A program made the position numbers and the translations under genes. Shown piece after piece: positions 37,640 to 51,310 of a stretch of DNA of 64,000 nt. Each line of letters begins with the position of its first letter. The stretch's first letter is position 1. Location: positions 11,224,001 through 11,288,000 of the forward strand of contig CM075988.1 of assembly GCA_038087875.1 (NCBI GenBank). Reading direction: 5' to 3'. This DNA is from Malacoraja senta. Taxonomy: Eukaryota. The notes beneath the pieces were generated by a model that was given only the letters and a program-made list of their open reading frames with translations, made no database searches and was not told the DNA's origin.

Positions 37640-37990
37640 TGTGGAAAGGCCTAGACAGAGGGGATAAGGAGAGGATGTTTCCAGTAGTGAGCGAGTCTAG
37701 GACCAGAGGGCACACCCTCAGAATAAAAGGACGTACCTTTAAAATTGCAATGAGGAGAAGTTTCTTCAACCAGAGGGTGGTGAATCTGTCCAACTCATTG
37801 CCACAGGCGGCTGTGGAGGCCAAGTCATTGGGTATTTTAAAATGGAAATTGATGGTTACTTGATTAGTGACAGTGTCAAAGGTTACAGAAGAAGGCAACA
37901 GAATAGGGTTGAGAGGGAAACATAAATCAGCCATGATCGAATGGTGGAGCAAACTCGATGGGCTGAATGCTCTAATTCTGCTCCTATGTC
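37640..37990 (+). mobile_element. CR1 LINE 3' fragment
   Basis: KGLDRGDKERMFPVVSESRTRGHTLRIKGR...NQRVVNL.NSLP. Confidence 0.85.
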
Positions 37991-38167
37991 TTGGTGCTGT
38001 AGTATCTCGTTGGGTAAGGCAGTATCTCTAGAGGATATGGTTAGGTGACTTTTTGGATCAAAACGTGTGTGATGAAGAGTGCCAACCCGAAACATCACCT
38101 ATCCATGTGTATTCTGAAGAAAGGCCCCAACATGAAAGGTTGCCTATTCATGTCCTTCAGAGACTAG

Positions 38168-38460
38168 TGGACAGCACGGTGGCACAGTAGTAGAAACGCT
38201 CCCTGACAACAGCAGAGACCTGGGTTCGATCCTGACGAAGGGTGTGTCTGTATGGAGTTTGTACATAATGTTTTTCCCAGGTGCTCCAGTTTTCTCCCAC
38301 ATTCCGAAAACGTACAGGTTTGTAGGGTGATTGGCTTTGGTAAAAATTGTAAATTTTCTCTGGTGTGCAGGATAGTGCTCGTGTATGTGGATTGCTGGCC
38401 GGTGTGTAATCGGTAGGCCGAAGAGCCTGTTTCCGGGGCTGTATCTCTTAACTAGACTAA
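38168..38460 (+). mobile_element. HE1-like SINE nested in a PLE terminal repeat
   Basis: The host repeat CTGAAGAA...CTATTCATGTCCTTCAGAGA (38114-38163) resumes GATGCTGCCTGACCCGCTGAG at 38461. Confidence 0.8.
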
Positions 38461-39134
38461 GATGCTGCCTGACCCGCTGAGTTATTCCAGCACTCTGTGT
38501 TCCATCTACTCATATATTGTTGAAGGATGGCAAAGGTGAAGCTGGAACCTCTTCCTCTGCCAAAGATTTTAAGTGTTTTAATGTTCTTCTATTTATTGGG
38601 ATGTAAAAATCATTACATTACAATTCAAGTATTTTTAAAAAAACAAGAAAAATAAGGTTAGTTCCAAACACATACAATCTTTGAACTAATTAAAAACTAA
38701 AAGTAAATAATATTGAAGTTACACAAGGTCACAGGTGGTCGAGCTGCTGCCTAAGGGCTCCAGTGACTTGGGTTTAATCCTTGCCTCTGGTGTTATCTGT
38801 TTGCATGTTCTCGCTGCAGTTGCCCCAGTTTCTCATGCATCCCAAACACTTGCAGTTCAGTGGGTTAACTGTGAGTATAAATTGCCTGGGGTGAGTGGTA
38901 TAATTGGTGGGAGTTAATGGACGTGGGGAGAATAAGTTGGGAGAAGTGTAGGATTAGTGTTATTGGATGCTTGATGTTGGCCCACTCTCCAGGATCTGCT
39001 TCTAAAATCCATGACTCGTTGATTCTATAAGAATGTTTTTTTTTGCCTGTCTATATTTTTGCCCTACAATCACCATTGAAGTGATTGGAGTCTTGGTTTC
39101 TGTACAGTTTGTTTGGCACCAGGCTTCCTTGTGG

Positions 39135-39430
39135 TTTTAGACTTTAGACTTTAGAGATACAGCACAAAAACAGGCCCTTCAGCCAACCAAGTCCGTGCCA
39201 ACCAGCGATCACCCCGCACACTAACACAATCCTACACAAGAGGGACAATTTACAATTTTACCCAAGCTAATTAAATGACAAACCTGTACGGCTTTGGAGT
39301 GTGGGTGGAATCCGGATCACCCAGGGAAAACCCACGCAGTCACAGGGAGAACTGACAAACTCCGTACACACAGCACCTGTAGTCAACCCGGGTCTCTGGC
39401 GCTGTCCAGCAGCTGCGCCATTGTGCCACC
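39135..39430 (-). mobile_element. HE1-like SINE
   Basis: (TTTAGAC)n tail and conserved body on the minus strand. Confidence 0.85.
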
Positions 39431-39944
39431 CTGGTTCTGTTGTTAGATTTCATGAAGCTACTTGCTGAAGTGAATGACAGAGCACAGCTGCAAATGGAAG
39501 TCCAAGAAGTCAGTTTGACCATTGAACTCTGGTGGTACCAATTGGAACTGCTGAGCAGACTTGGCGTAATTCATCCCATTGTGTCGATTTCACCTAGCCT
39601 TCTGATTTATTTGGGCCTGATGTGTATCACTCTGCCTATGTTACAATGAGCCAGTAATTAATTCTCACAATCTCTGCATAAATCGTGTTGAGGAATTTTA
39701 AGCAAGCGACAAAAAAAAATCCTTATTCTTTGGTGGCTGAGGATGAGAAATGTCATAACAGCTGATAATTCTGTGCTGTACCCTGCGTATGTTCACATCC
39801 ATTGTAGGGAGAGTCCATTGATAAAATGAGGCTCAATCTCTAGTGATTGATCAGAGTTTCAGGCAAAACTCCACCAACCATATATTATTATAATTGTAGC
39901 TTCCCATTTGATTTAAGACTAAGATTTGCATAAAACTCACACAT

Positions 39945-40225
39945 TCACACTCTCTCTCATTTTCATTCCCTTTCTCTCATTCCTATTCTCTCCCTCATTC
40001 GTTCTCTCTCTCTCTCCCTCTCTCTCCCTCTCTCCCACTCTCTCCCTCTCTCTCCCTCTCTTTCCCTCTTTCCCTCTCTCTCCCTCTCTCTCCCTCTCTC
40101 TCCATCTCATCCACTCTCTCCCTCTCTCTGTCTCATCCACTCTCTCCCTCTCTCTACCTCTCTCTCTCTCTCCCTCTCTCTCCCTCTCTCCCCATCTCTC
40201 CCCCTCTTCCATCTATCTCACTCTC
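39945..40225. repeat. CT/CCCT polypyrimidine microsatellite
   Basis: ~280 bp of (CT)n/(CCCTCT)n. Confidence 0.95.
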
Positions 40226-40751
40226 TCAATCATTCTTGCTCTTCCTCTTTTTATCTTCTGCAGTGCCTAGGTTTCCTTACAGCAAAATTGTGACATATTA
40301 TTTCTAGGATGGAGAGGACAAGTTGACCCTTACTGTGCAGCTGCCCAAACCTTCTGCAGCATTGCTGCACTTGCTGTCTATTAATGATTATTAAACTATT
40401 AACTTCATCCACATCTACTCAAATGATAAGCATTTGTTATTTTGCTGTGGTTCATTGGTGTGTAATTATTCCCCATCTGGGAAATCTGAATTTCCACTGA
40501 TTTCAGTGGAGATTGGCAATGTATACACCTCTCCCCTGTGCCCATTCTGCTGAGAGATTTGGAGTATTCCCTATTACAACTGAAAACATTTGTTGAGTTA
40601 TACTTGGTTGCAGAGTTGATTCTTCAATAATGCACTGAATGCCTATTCATGGAAAATTGATTGAGATCAATTTAATGGTTAGATGACTCCGTCAGTCTCT
40701 CAATGCTTGAAATACGCAAATTGTCTTTATTATGCAAGTAGACAGAAGGGT

Positions 40752-40885
40752 AGACTGAAGAAGGGTCTCACCCCGAAACGTCACCCATTGCTTCTTTCCA
40801 GAGATGCTGCCTGTCCCGCTGAGTTACTCCTGCTTTATGTGCCTTTCTTCGGTTTAAACCAGCATCTGTAGTTCCTTCCTCCACA
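40752..40885 (+). mobile_element. PLE terminal repeat with hammerhead motif
   Basis: CTGAAGAAGGGTCTCACCCCGAAACGTCACCC...GAGATGCTGCCTGTCCCGCTGAGTTACTCC. Confidence 0.75.
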
Positions 40886-43544
40886 TTCATTATTGAGTGT
40901 TGAATACGACTTACCATGAATCTTGTCTTGGCCCTGTTTATATTCATTGAATTAGCTTTGCTTTGTTGGTTAACGTCCTCCTGTCATTGTCGTTGTCATT
41001 TAGGGAGGCATGAAATGCCACTAATTCCCCTCCCATCCTTGTTTGCTTTGATGCAAAGTGTGAGGTGATGGGAGTTGAGCAAGGTGCAGGGGGCTTCTCA
41101 TTCACACCCACTTATGATGCTTGCTTCAAGTAATCGGTACCTTCATCAATTATAACACACACCCAGCAGCCCTCTTCATGCTCAGTTTGCTTTCATCCCA
41201 GTAATCTATATTAATACCCTTTCTCATCTGTTTCAATTGTGGTGTCTGAGTTGCTTATATTATCTGTGCTGCGATATCCCTCTCTTGTCTATTTTCTGGC
41301 CCGCTATCAGTCTTGGCTTAATTTCAGACTTTGATGGATCTCAAATATTCTGCAGTGGACTGTTATCTGTTGCAGTGATGGTCTGATGTATGTTTTTGAG
41401 GTGTGTGATGCTTCGGGGAATAATTTTATTCCTGTTCCATGCAGCATTTGTAGTTTAACATTTGCCCGTCTGATTCCGTGTCCAGATTGAACAGCATCTC
41501 GCTGTTGTATAGGAGTCTGGAGGAGACTGAACGAGAAGCTAGCAACAACTTAAATATAATTCAGAGAATGTTGGAAACACTCTGCTGTCCAGGAAATATC
41601 TGAGGAGAGAGACACAGAGTTACTCTTTTAGAATAAGAAACAAATGAACTGCTGATGCTGGTTTACAAAAAAAGACACAGTGCTGGCATAACTCAGTGGG
41701 TCAGGCAGCATCCTTGGAGAACATGGAAAGGTGACATTTCGGCATCTATCCATGCTATTTCTCTCTCTCTCTCGCTCGCTTTCCCTCTCTCCCTCTCTCT
41801 CTCTCTCTCTCTCTGACTCATTTTTGCTCTCTCTCTCTCACTCATTCTCGTTCTCTCTCTTTGTCCCTGACACAAAATGTCACCTATCCATGTCTCCAGA
41901 GATGCTGCGTGACACGTTGAGCTACTCCAGCAATTTGTTTCTTTTGCTGTTCTAGATCTTCCTTTGTTGTACTCTCAATTGCATTTGGTGCCCTGTGATG
42001 AGGGATATACAGCATGTTCCTGATGGTCACGGACATTGAGCTGAATGGTACAAGGCTTCAACCTTTGGAGATGCATGTTCATTGAGGTTGCCATCTGCTT
42101 TTACAGCCAGTGTGAGCCGTGCGAAGAAAAACTAATTGGACCCTGAAGAAGATCCTACTTTCTGAGAAAATGTATCGAATGCTTGTAAATGACCCGGTAG
42201 CAGTGCTTTATGAAAATTAATAATGAAGTCATTGCTTAGCAACTGGATGTTTGATATTTCAGAAGCGGTTCCTAATTTTCCTAATGTTTTTTCAGAATTT
42301 TATTGGAGACATTGATATCCAAGATTATTCAATTTCAATTTGTTGTGCACGTGTTCTTATTAAATAAATTGTTGCAGAATAATAGTGCAGGTTATTATAA
42401 ATTTGTTTGTAGGAATACAATAAAATTACAATGCATGAATCCAAAAGGAAGTATCCTTGGCGGAATGCAACGTCAAAAGATTGCAAGTTGTTGGAGTTGT
42501 CATCCATTAGCAATCTTGTCCTGTCCTTGTTGCAAACCCTTGTATAATAAGCATTCAGTTATCATAGGCATGTTAATGTTGTTTCTGTTTTCATTCCTTA
42601 TTAATCACTTTGTGGGAGCGCTCACAGCAGCGACTTGTCTCAACATGTAGCTGCCTTCATTATTAATAATTCCTCTTGATTTCGTTCTCACGAGGGTTCC
42701 AGCTCCCAATCTGTCCTAATCTGTCATGGCATTGACTTCAATTCCTTGGGGTCTACTTGGCCATAAGCAGCATGCATCAAACAATGGTGTATTGCCATTT
42801 ATCCTAGTTTTTGTTCAGGCAGGCAAGGTTAAAATCACAGCCAAAAGGTGAGAGAATTATGCTTATTTTTTGGTTAAGCATTGATGTTGAATTACATTTG
42901 CTGATGGATTACTTAGCACATTTGAATGTTCCTCTTTCGCACACCCCATCCTGCAAAGCTTATTGAATCATTAAAAATGAATTTCACCCCACTTTGTACT
43001 TGCAAATCTGGAATCAAGTGAAATCTAGTGAAATCTTTTCATTTGTTTTTTTATGTGGTATGTTAATCATTCAAAAAGTTAAATGGCAAAACAAATGGGA
43101 TGTTGAATTAGATTTGGTTGGGACTCACATTTTATGGTTGTAAAGAGAGCAGCAGCATCAGCCTTCTCCATTATTTCCCCCTCAAGCTTATGGAAACTTC
43201 TGGAGTAAGTACATGCTGGGAAATGCTATAGTTCTGAAGTTGGTGCCATTGCATTCCCAATTCCTTCACTCAGTGTGTCTGGTTAAACATTCATCTGCAT
43301 GGTACTTTATTTGTACTTTATGAAGATCCATTATTTCTTGCAAAGAATGTAATTGCATTGAAATATAACCAGATGCTTCCAGCCTGAAGTCACATAGTGG
43401 TAATGACATCAGCCAATTATGGGATGATGCAATTATGCACACTGTTCCTTTCGAACATTATTCTTAAGTGGCCTTGCCTTGAAGCATTCTCAGAATGACT
43501 ATGTTTTAATAGCGTGATCTCACAGTTTAGGTTCCTTAGTTAAT

Positions 43545-43775
43545 TCATCGGCGTTGGATGATTTGACTGCCCCGACCACGGGAGAACAAGAGGAAGAAGT
43601 TTGCCTTCCATCACAGTGAGGAATGTGGAATCCACTGTGGTGGATGTTTATGTTAACTTTGATGTGGTTGTGCGTCTTGTTGCTTTTCACTTAGTATGGC
43701 TGTATGGTAACTCAAATGTCACTGTACCTTAACTGCTGTATGTGACAATAAACTGACCTTGAAACCTTGAACCTT
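43545..43775 (+). mobile_element. 3' fragment of the GC-rich composite retroposon
   Basis: Core TGCCTTCCATCACAG...CTGTGGTGGATGTTTATG at 43602-43653; tail TCACTGTACC...TGTGACAATAAA(CCTTGAA)n. Confidence 0.7.
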
Positions 43776-44844
43776 GGTTCCCTGAATTGACTGCATTGCC
43801 TCCAATTTCCTCTCCTCTCAGCCGTCACACCACACAGGTTGCCTCAGGACTCTTGCCCAGATGCCTGGGCTCTGGCCCCTCCAACTCCCACAATAGGTCT
43901 CTGCATTGCAGTGACAGAGGATGCAATGAAAGCACAGAGGGCGAACAGTGGACCCTGGTAGCGGGCTATAACCAATGCCAAATCAACAGGTCAATGGGCA
44001 AACTGATCAGGCCACACAGCATATCTGAAACACTGACCACCTCTGGTGCCAAAGCACACCTGGGCAGTGTTCACCAGAATATTATTCATAAACCAATGAT
44101 CTGATGTGAACAAGGTCATAAAGAGCAGATATCCAGCCTTGAAACAGGCACTTCTGCCCACCTAGTCTGTGTCAACCACCAACAACCTGTTTACATTAAT
44201 CCTGCATCGATCCCTTTTATTCTCCCCACATTCTTATCAATTCCCCTGCCCAAATCCCAACAGCTTCTCCCAATCAACTTCACACCAGGGAACATTTATG
44301 GTGGTCAGATAACTTAGCAATCTGCCAGGTTAATTGGCTACTGTAACTTTCTCATTGTGTGTAGTTGGGATGTGGGAAGTAAATGAAGCATCCAAATGAA
44401 ATCCAGCCTCCTATGCTCCAAATAACTAGTCCCAGATGATAGCTCGAGCTAGTTTGTAAATTGCTCTTTGGAAATCAGTCAAAGAAAATTAAAAAAATGT
44501 TCAGGGAATTTTACACTGAAAAAGATGTTGAATTCATGAAACAGTTTAAATATTTTAATATTTCAGGCTTAAAACAAGTAATGATTAGAATTTACACAAA
44601 CTTAGTATAAAGAAAGTAAAAATAACAATACGTTTGTCAATGGAACTCCTTAATAGCCAGTTTAGTTGATAGTCATTTGGAGGATGCTTGGATGACATTG
44701 TCAATGTAGACACACACCGCACATTCTATTGTTGAAATGCAGTGGGATATGAGTTATTGTTCCTTTAATGGAACATTACCTAACCATGTGCCTTCATGAA
44801 TTTTCCTGGAAACTACTTTATTTTGAGTAGATTTTAAAATTAAT

Positions 44845-45310
44845 TTAGATTCAAGATGCAAGATTCAATTTAATAGTCACATGTACCTATTAAGGCACAG
44901 TGAAATTTAAGTTACCATACAGCTATACTAGGTGAGAAAAACAGCAATACACACATCCACATAAAATAAAATTTAACATAAACATCCACCACATTCCTCA
45001 CTGTGATGGATGGCAATAAGTCATCTTCCTCCTTTGTTCATCCGTGGTGGTCAGGGCTGAACCCTCCGCACTTGCCGTTGCCGACGGTCCACTGTTCAAG
45101 CCCTCTCATCGGGATGATTGAAACTCCGATGTCGGGACGGATTGGAACACTCCGTATAGCATAGAGCTCCTGACTCGGCCGCTTCTTACCGGAGACCACT
45201 GCTTTACGGTGTTAAAATCCACAGGCCCTGCGGTCGGAGCTCCTACACTGGCGATCCTCGGCAAAAGATCCCAGGCTCCGCGATGGTAAGTCCGTGCCAC
45301 ACCCGCGGTA
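44845..45310 (-). mobile_element. GC-rich composite retroposon, 5'-truncated
   Basis: Reverse complement shows GGACTTACCATCGCGGAGC, GAGCTCCGACCGC, the hairpin core (44975-45016) and an AAATTTCACTGTGCC...TGTGACTATTAAA tail. Confidence 0.7.
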
Positions 45311-47324
45311 TGTACTAAGATCAGAAGATCTTAAAATGTGGGAACTGGTAACATTTAAATTAATTTCTTCCAGTGGAACCTGCTCCCTCGACTGGTAGTA
45401 AATGATATTTATGTGTAATAATAACAGTAACAAATCCTTTATTCCCCACACGAGCAAGGAGAGTATTGAACACCTTTCATAAAGAGATGACCTTAAGATG
45501 TTGGACTACATTTTGACACATTGGTTGACCTTTTGAACGGATTGAAGGTGGCAACATAACTCTCAGAATAACATTGGTGTTATGTTGTACGTACATGCAA
45601 TTTGACTCTTGGACATCAAACATAGATGAGAAATTCAACCAGCTTTATTTATTCCCAGGGCAGGTGACAGCTTCTGGTAGAGGTTTGTTGGTTTTGCACA
45701 CTGATACATAGATTAGTTAATGGTGCCACAATCCACATTTTCTACCAACATGGACATAGGTCTGATTTTACTTAGGTGTGGCTCTGAAGCAATTTATCTC
45801 AATTATTTTTTGCTCTTATTCCCATATACACTGCAAACAGTTCATTTAATAATAAGAATGCCACATGAAGCACACTCTGTGCTGTATATCCAATAGGATT
45901 TGGTCAAAATGATGGTGCGGTCTGGCCCATATCAATCCTATGTTTGTCCATGATAAGTATGTATTAAAATGCAAAATGGGGGAATTATATAAATTACACA
46001 CTTAACAGGATTACTGAGGTAAGCTATCAAATAAATAGCTTTTGTAAAGGTTACTGTAACTGGAAGCATTCATAAAGGCCATAGTTTGGGGACAGCATGA
46101 TAACTTCCTACGAAACAGGTCAGCAGCTTTCAGCACTTATTATAGGAGAGCGCATTCACTCCATTTGAAATGTCTCAATTAAAATGAATAATTAACTTCA
46201 ACAGGACATTTGCAGTGGGATTAACTGTCTCATTTGACAACATTTAAATATAGTTGTCAGATTGAAATAATTCCATGTTACCAGTAATATATTCTACATC
46301 CTCCATGCTTGTATTTTCAGTGAATATTTTCTTTCACTTTTTGTGGTAGGGAGAGGAGAAAGGAAAATGATTTCTCCGAGATATTCCAGCCTCATGCATT
46401 TATTCAGGAATATTCAAGGTTGAAAGTTTCTGTATTTTATCACTAGCTTATGCAATATTCATAATATTGACATTTTTTAATGCTTGTAAAATGATGCTGA
46501 AATAGTTTGTGAATGTTGGCCAAATATTTCAACCTGAATGTAACTGTTCAGGAATTCTCGTTACTTCTTAAATTTATTAATGGAGTTCGGTTGATTTTCT
46601 TCAGTATTAGAACGGTCTGGATTCTGTGGAGACTTACTTGGAAGCTGCTAAAAGGATGTATGGTTCTGCCAATGACGTAATCCACAGATGATATACAGAA
46701 ATATACATGACTAACTGGGACCATTTCTTCCCCAAAGTATGGAATATACATTGTGCATGTTTTCATACCCAAGGTCCCAAGAAGTAGATAGACGCAAAAA
46801 GCTAGAGTAATTCAGCGGGACAGGCAGCATCTCTGGATAGAAGGAATGGGTGATGTTTTGGGTCAAGACCCTTCTCAGAAGTTGGATCAGAAGTTGGTTA
46901 CATAACCCTTTGGGTCCGGTTTATAATTTAGATTTCAATTTCTTGCCCATTCCTCGTATGCATTAACTCTCTAAATATTAAAATATTCTGCCATGCTTGA
47001 TCTTGCATATACTAACAATTGAGTGATGGTGGTCTTTGCAAAGATTCACAACCTCGGGACTGAGGAAATGTTCCCCTCATTCATTCCAAAGTAAACATTT
47101 TTTTATTTTATTTTGGCACTCTGACCTTTAAATGCTACTTTCCAGCATTGTTCATTTCAGCAGAAAGTTCTATATAGTTTTATAGCTCTTAAAACTAGTT
47201 ATGCTTTTCTAACATCACCCCAGTATCTCCTTCATCTTTGAACACAATTTACCTGTATTATCTGCGGCACAGGAAACAGCAGATGTAGGTATCTGGACAA
47301 TGAAAAGGAAAGCCTCTGGAAGAC

Positions 47325-47775
47325 CTCTGTACGGTGTTTGTACGTTCTTGGTGTGACCACGTGGGTTTTCTCCAGGTGCTCCAGTTTCCTCCCACATTTC
47401 AAAGTCGTGCAGATTTGTAGGTTAATTGGGTTCCGTAAATTGTTGGATGCAAGATCTACTATCACATATTACAATCGCTCCACACTTTTAAATCTCTACT
47501 CCTACAGCAACATTTCTTACTTTGACTATGATTCCCTTATCTTGTATCTATACGCTGTCAATGGCTCGATCATAATCATGTTTTGAGTTTCCGCTGACTG
47601 GTTAGCACGCAACAAAAGCTTTTCACTGTACCTCAGTACACGTGACAATAAACTAATCTGAAACTGAACTGAAAACAGGGATAATACAGAATTAGTGCAT
47701 GGGCGATCAATGGTCGGTGCGGACTCGAGGGGTGAAGGGTCTGTTTCCACGCTGCATCTCTAAGCTAAACTAAAC
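47325..47775 (+). mobile_element. HE1-like SINE interrupted by a LINE-type 3' fragment (~47450-47672)
   Basis: SINE body breaks at GTAAATTGT and resumes at ~47680; the insert ends TTCACTGTACCTCAGTACACGTGACAATAAACT...(CTGAA)n. Confidence 0.7.
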
Positions 47776-48957
47776 TCAGAGGGTCAGGCAGCATGTGTAG
47801 GAAGGAACTGGAGATGCTGGTTTAAATCGAAGATAGACACAAAATGCTGGAATAACTCAGCGGGACAGCATCTCTGGAGAGAAGGAATGGGTGACGTTTC
47901 GGGTCGAGACCCTTCTTTAGTCACCCATTCTTTCTCTCCAGAGATGCTGCCTGTCCCGCTGAGTTACTCCAGCTTTTTCGGTCAGGCAGCATCTGTGGAG
48001 GAAATAGACTGTTGACATTTCAGAATGAGACCTTTCATCTGGACTGAGAGGGGACATTACCAGTATAAAAACATGGGGGAGAGTTGGGGGGTGGGCAGGA
48101 GCTGACATTGTTGACAAGCGATGAATTGTTATCCACAATATTTTTGACCAATTTAAACTAAATTATTTCTTCATTTTTCCCCTTGAAAGGTTGTAGTTGA
48201 AGTGTGATTCTTTAGGAGAGCGGTTTGAATTTTTGATGTCAAACATTAAAAAAAATTAAATACTTTTTCTTGGCTTCTCGACATGGAGTTTTTTCAATCA
48301 CGAGTGTAGAATCAAGAAGTATCCCGACCCAAAATGTGTCACCTGTCATGAGATGCTGCCTGACCCACTGTTACTCCAGCTCTTTGTATCCTTTTTTAAA
48401 CATTACATTGATTGTTAATTTATTTTTAATTATAAGGTGTTGCGAACCAGGAATATTCAGCCCCAAATGTATACTCTATACTTTCCCAACCTTCCCAGCT
48501 TATTGACTTAGAAATGTCAAAAAAATGAATAAACTGCTTGAACAAAATAGGGCCAAATAGATGTGTAGTTGGTCCATTAATAATGAAACATACGATCGTA
48601 AACAATGGTATAATCAAGATGCTTAAATTAACCTGAGGCGCGTGTCATTTTAGCTTTACTGCAATAAATTGATGTTTTGAATGCTAATTTTACAATGAAA
48701 CCCATTTATCATAATTGGTTCTAAGTACCAGCATTTTTGCTGTGTGGGTAATTCACATTGAAAGCAGGAACTTGAACTCAGAAATTGTTCCTTTAAATTG
48801 GAAAATTACAAAGGTACCATCATTACTTCTGAAAGGTGAGTCAGAGAAACCAGGAAATCTTAAACCTGTTGATCCAACATCTGTTATGGGGAAGTAATTG
48901 TAATTTATAATGAAACGTTGAGTCATTGAACACTTAGAAAAATTGGAACTGTTCAGA

Positions 48958-50781
48958 TAGGTTGCTATTGAGGGAGTGCAGCGTAGGTTCACGAGGTTAA
49001 TCCCCGGGATGGCGGGACTGTCATATGAGGAAAGATTGGAAAGACTGGGCTTGTATGCACTGGAATTTAGAAGGATGAGAGGATGATCTTATAGAAACAT
49101 ATAAAATTATAAAAGGACTGGACAAGCTAGATGCAGGAAAAATGTTCCCAATAACCATATAACCATATAACAATTACAGCACGGAAACAGGCCATCTCGA
49201 CCCTTCTAGTCCGTGCCGAACACGTATTCTCCCCTAGTCCCATATACCTGCGCTCAGACCATAACCCTCCATTCCTTTCTCGTCCATATAACTATCCAAT
49301 TCATTTTTAAATGATAAAAACGAACCTGCCTCCACAATCTTCACTGGAAGCTCATTCCACACAGCCACCACTGAGTAAAGAAGTTCCCCCTCATGTTACC
49401 CCTAAACCTCTGTCCCTTAATTCTCAAGTCATGTCCCCTTGTTTGAATCTTCCCTACTTTCAGTGGGAAAAGCTTATCCACGTCAGCTCTGTCTATCCCT
49501 CTCATCATTTTAAAGACCTATATCAAGTCCCCCCTTAACCTTCTGCGCTCCAAAGAATAAAGCCCTAACTTGTTCAACCTTTCTTTGTAACTTAGTTGCT
49601 GAAACCCAGGCAACATTCTAGTAAATCTCCTCTGTACTCTCTCTATTTTGTTGACATCCTTCCTATAAATAGGCGACCAAAATTGTACACCATACTCCAG
49701 AATTGGCCTCACCAATGCCTTGTACAATTTTAACATTACATCCCAACTTCTATACTCAATGCTCTGATTTATAAAAGCCAGCACACCAAAAGCTTTCTTT
49801 ACCACCCTATCTACATGAGATTCCACTTTCAGGGAACTGTGCACAGTTATTCCAAGATCCCTCTGCTCACCTGCATTCTTCAATTCCCTACCATCTACCA
49901 TGTACGTCCTATTTTGATTTGTCCTGCCAAGATGTAGCACCTCACACTTATCAGCATTAAACTCCATCTGCCATCCGACATAAATCTCTCTGTAGACTTT
50001 GAAAATCTACTTCATTATCCACAGCCCCACCTATCTTAGTATCATCTGCATACTTACTAATCCAATTGACCACACCATCATCCAGATCATTGATGTACAT
50101 GACAAACAACAGTGGGCCCAACACAGATCCCTGTGGCACCCCACTAGTCACTGGCCTCCAACCTGACAAACAACCATCCACCATTACTCTCTGGCATCTC
50201 CCATTCAGCCACTGTTGAATCCATCTTGCTACTCCACCATTAATACCCAACCATTGAACCATCTTAAGCAACCTTCCGTGAGGAACCTTGTCAAAGGCCT
50301 TACTGAAGTCCATATATACAACATCCACGGCTTTACCCTCATCAATTTCCCGAGTAACCTCTTCAAAAAATTCAAGAAGATTAGTCAAACATGACCTTCC
50401 AGGCACAAATCCATGTTGACTGTTCCTAATCAGACCCTGTTTATCCAGATGCTTATATATATTATCTCTTGTTGGGGGAGTCCAGAACCAGGGGCCACAG
50501 TCTAAGAATAAAGGGGAGGCCATTTAAAAATGAGATGAGAAAAAAACGTTTTCACCCAGAGAGTTGTGAATTTGTGGAATTCTCTGCCTCAGAAAGCAGT
50601 GGAGGCCAATTCACTGGATGAATTTAAAAGAGAGTTAGATAGAGCTCTTGGGGCTAGTGGAATCAAGGGATATGGGAAGAAGACAGGCACAGGTTACTGA
50701 TTGTGGATGATCAGCCATGATCACAATGAAGGGCTGAATGGCCTCCTTCTGCAACTATTTTCTATGTTTCTATGTGTCTAT
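48958..50781 (+). mobile_element. CR1 LINE 3' portion split by a nested antisense CR1
   Basis: GAGGGAGTGCAGCGTAGGTTCAC...AATGTTCCCAAT (49152) resumes as GTTGGGGGAGTCCAGAACC (50471); (TTCTATGT)n tail. Confidence 0.92.
49152..50469 (-). mobile_element. CR1 (HER1-type) LINE, 5'-truncated, RT domain nearly intact
   Basis: ORFs 49957-50469 (QHGF...SCLTNL...YMDFSKAFDKV...GVPQGSVLGPLLF...YADDTK) and 49518-49967 are separated by a short frameshifting deletion. Tail GGCCTGTTTCCGTGCTGTA(ATATGGTT)n. Confidence 0.95.
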
Positions 50782-50994
50782 GAGAGCTAATGTGCATTTG
50801 TCATGGGTGGGTCATGCACAATAAATGTAATTGATTTTTTGAGGAATGGAGAATAAAACTAACAGATAGGAATATAGAAGTCCATATATGTTACATAGAT
50901 CTAGTATATATGGATTCCACAAGGCATTCATTAAGATTGAATAAAATAAATTGTTTGTTTAAAATTAGTGTTCATGCAATTCTAAGTAGGTCAG

Positions 50995-51310
50995 AGAGTC
51001 ATTGTCAAACAGCAGGAAATAGGTGCTTCGCCCCAACTTGTCCTTGCCGACGAAGATTCCCCATTTAAGCTAGTCCCATTTGCTTGCATTTGGCCCACAT
51101 GCCTCTAAGCCTTTCCTATCCATGTACCTGTCCACGTGCCTCTGAAATGTTATCATTGTACCTGCCTCAGCTGCCTCCTTGGCAGCTCATTCAATATCTC
51201 CACCCCCCTCTGAATGAAAAAGTTGCCCCTTAGATTCTTGTTAAATCTCTCCCCTCTCACCTTAAACCTAGGTCCTGAGGCTCTTGACTCCCCAATCCTG
51301 GATAAAAGAC
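50995..51310 (-). mobile_element. CR1 (HER1-type) 3' fragment
   Basis: Reverse complement has GGTTTAAGGTGAGAGGGGAGAGATTTAA...GGTACATGGATAGGAAAGG. Confidence 0.75.

Noticed and set aside
39926..41955. SL/ER-rich ORFs at 39926-40270 and 41693-41955
   Set aside because: They are translations of CT microsatellites.
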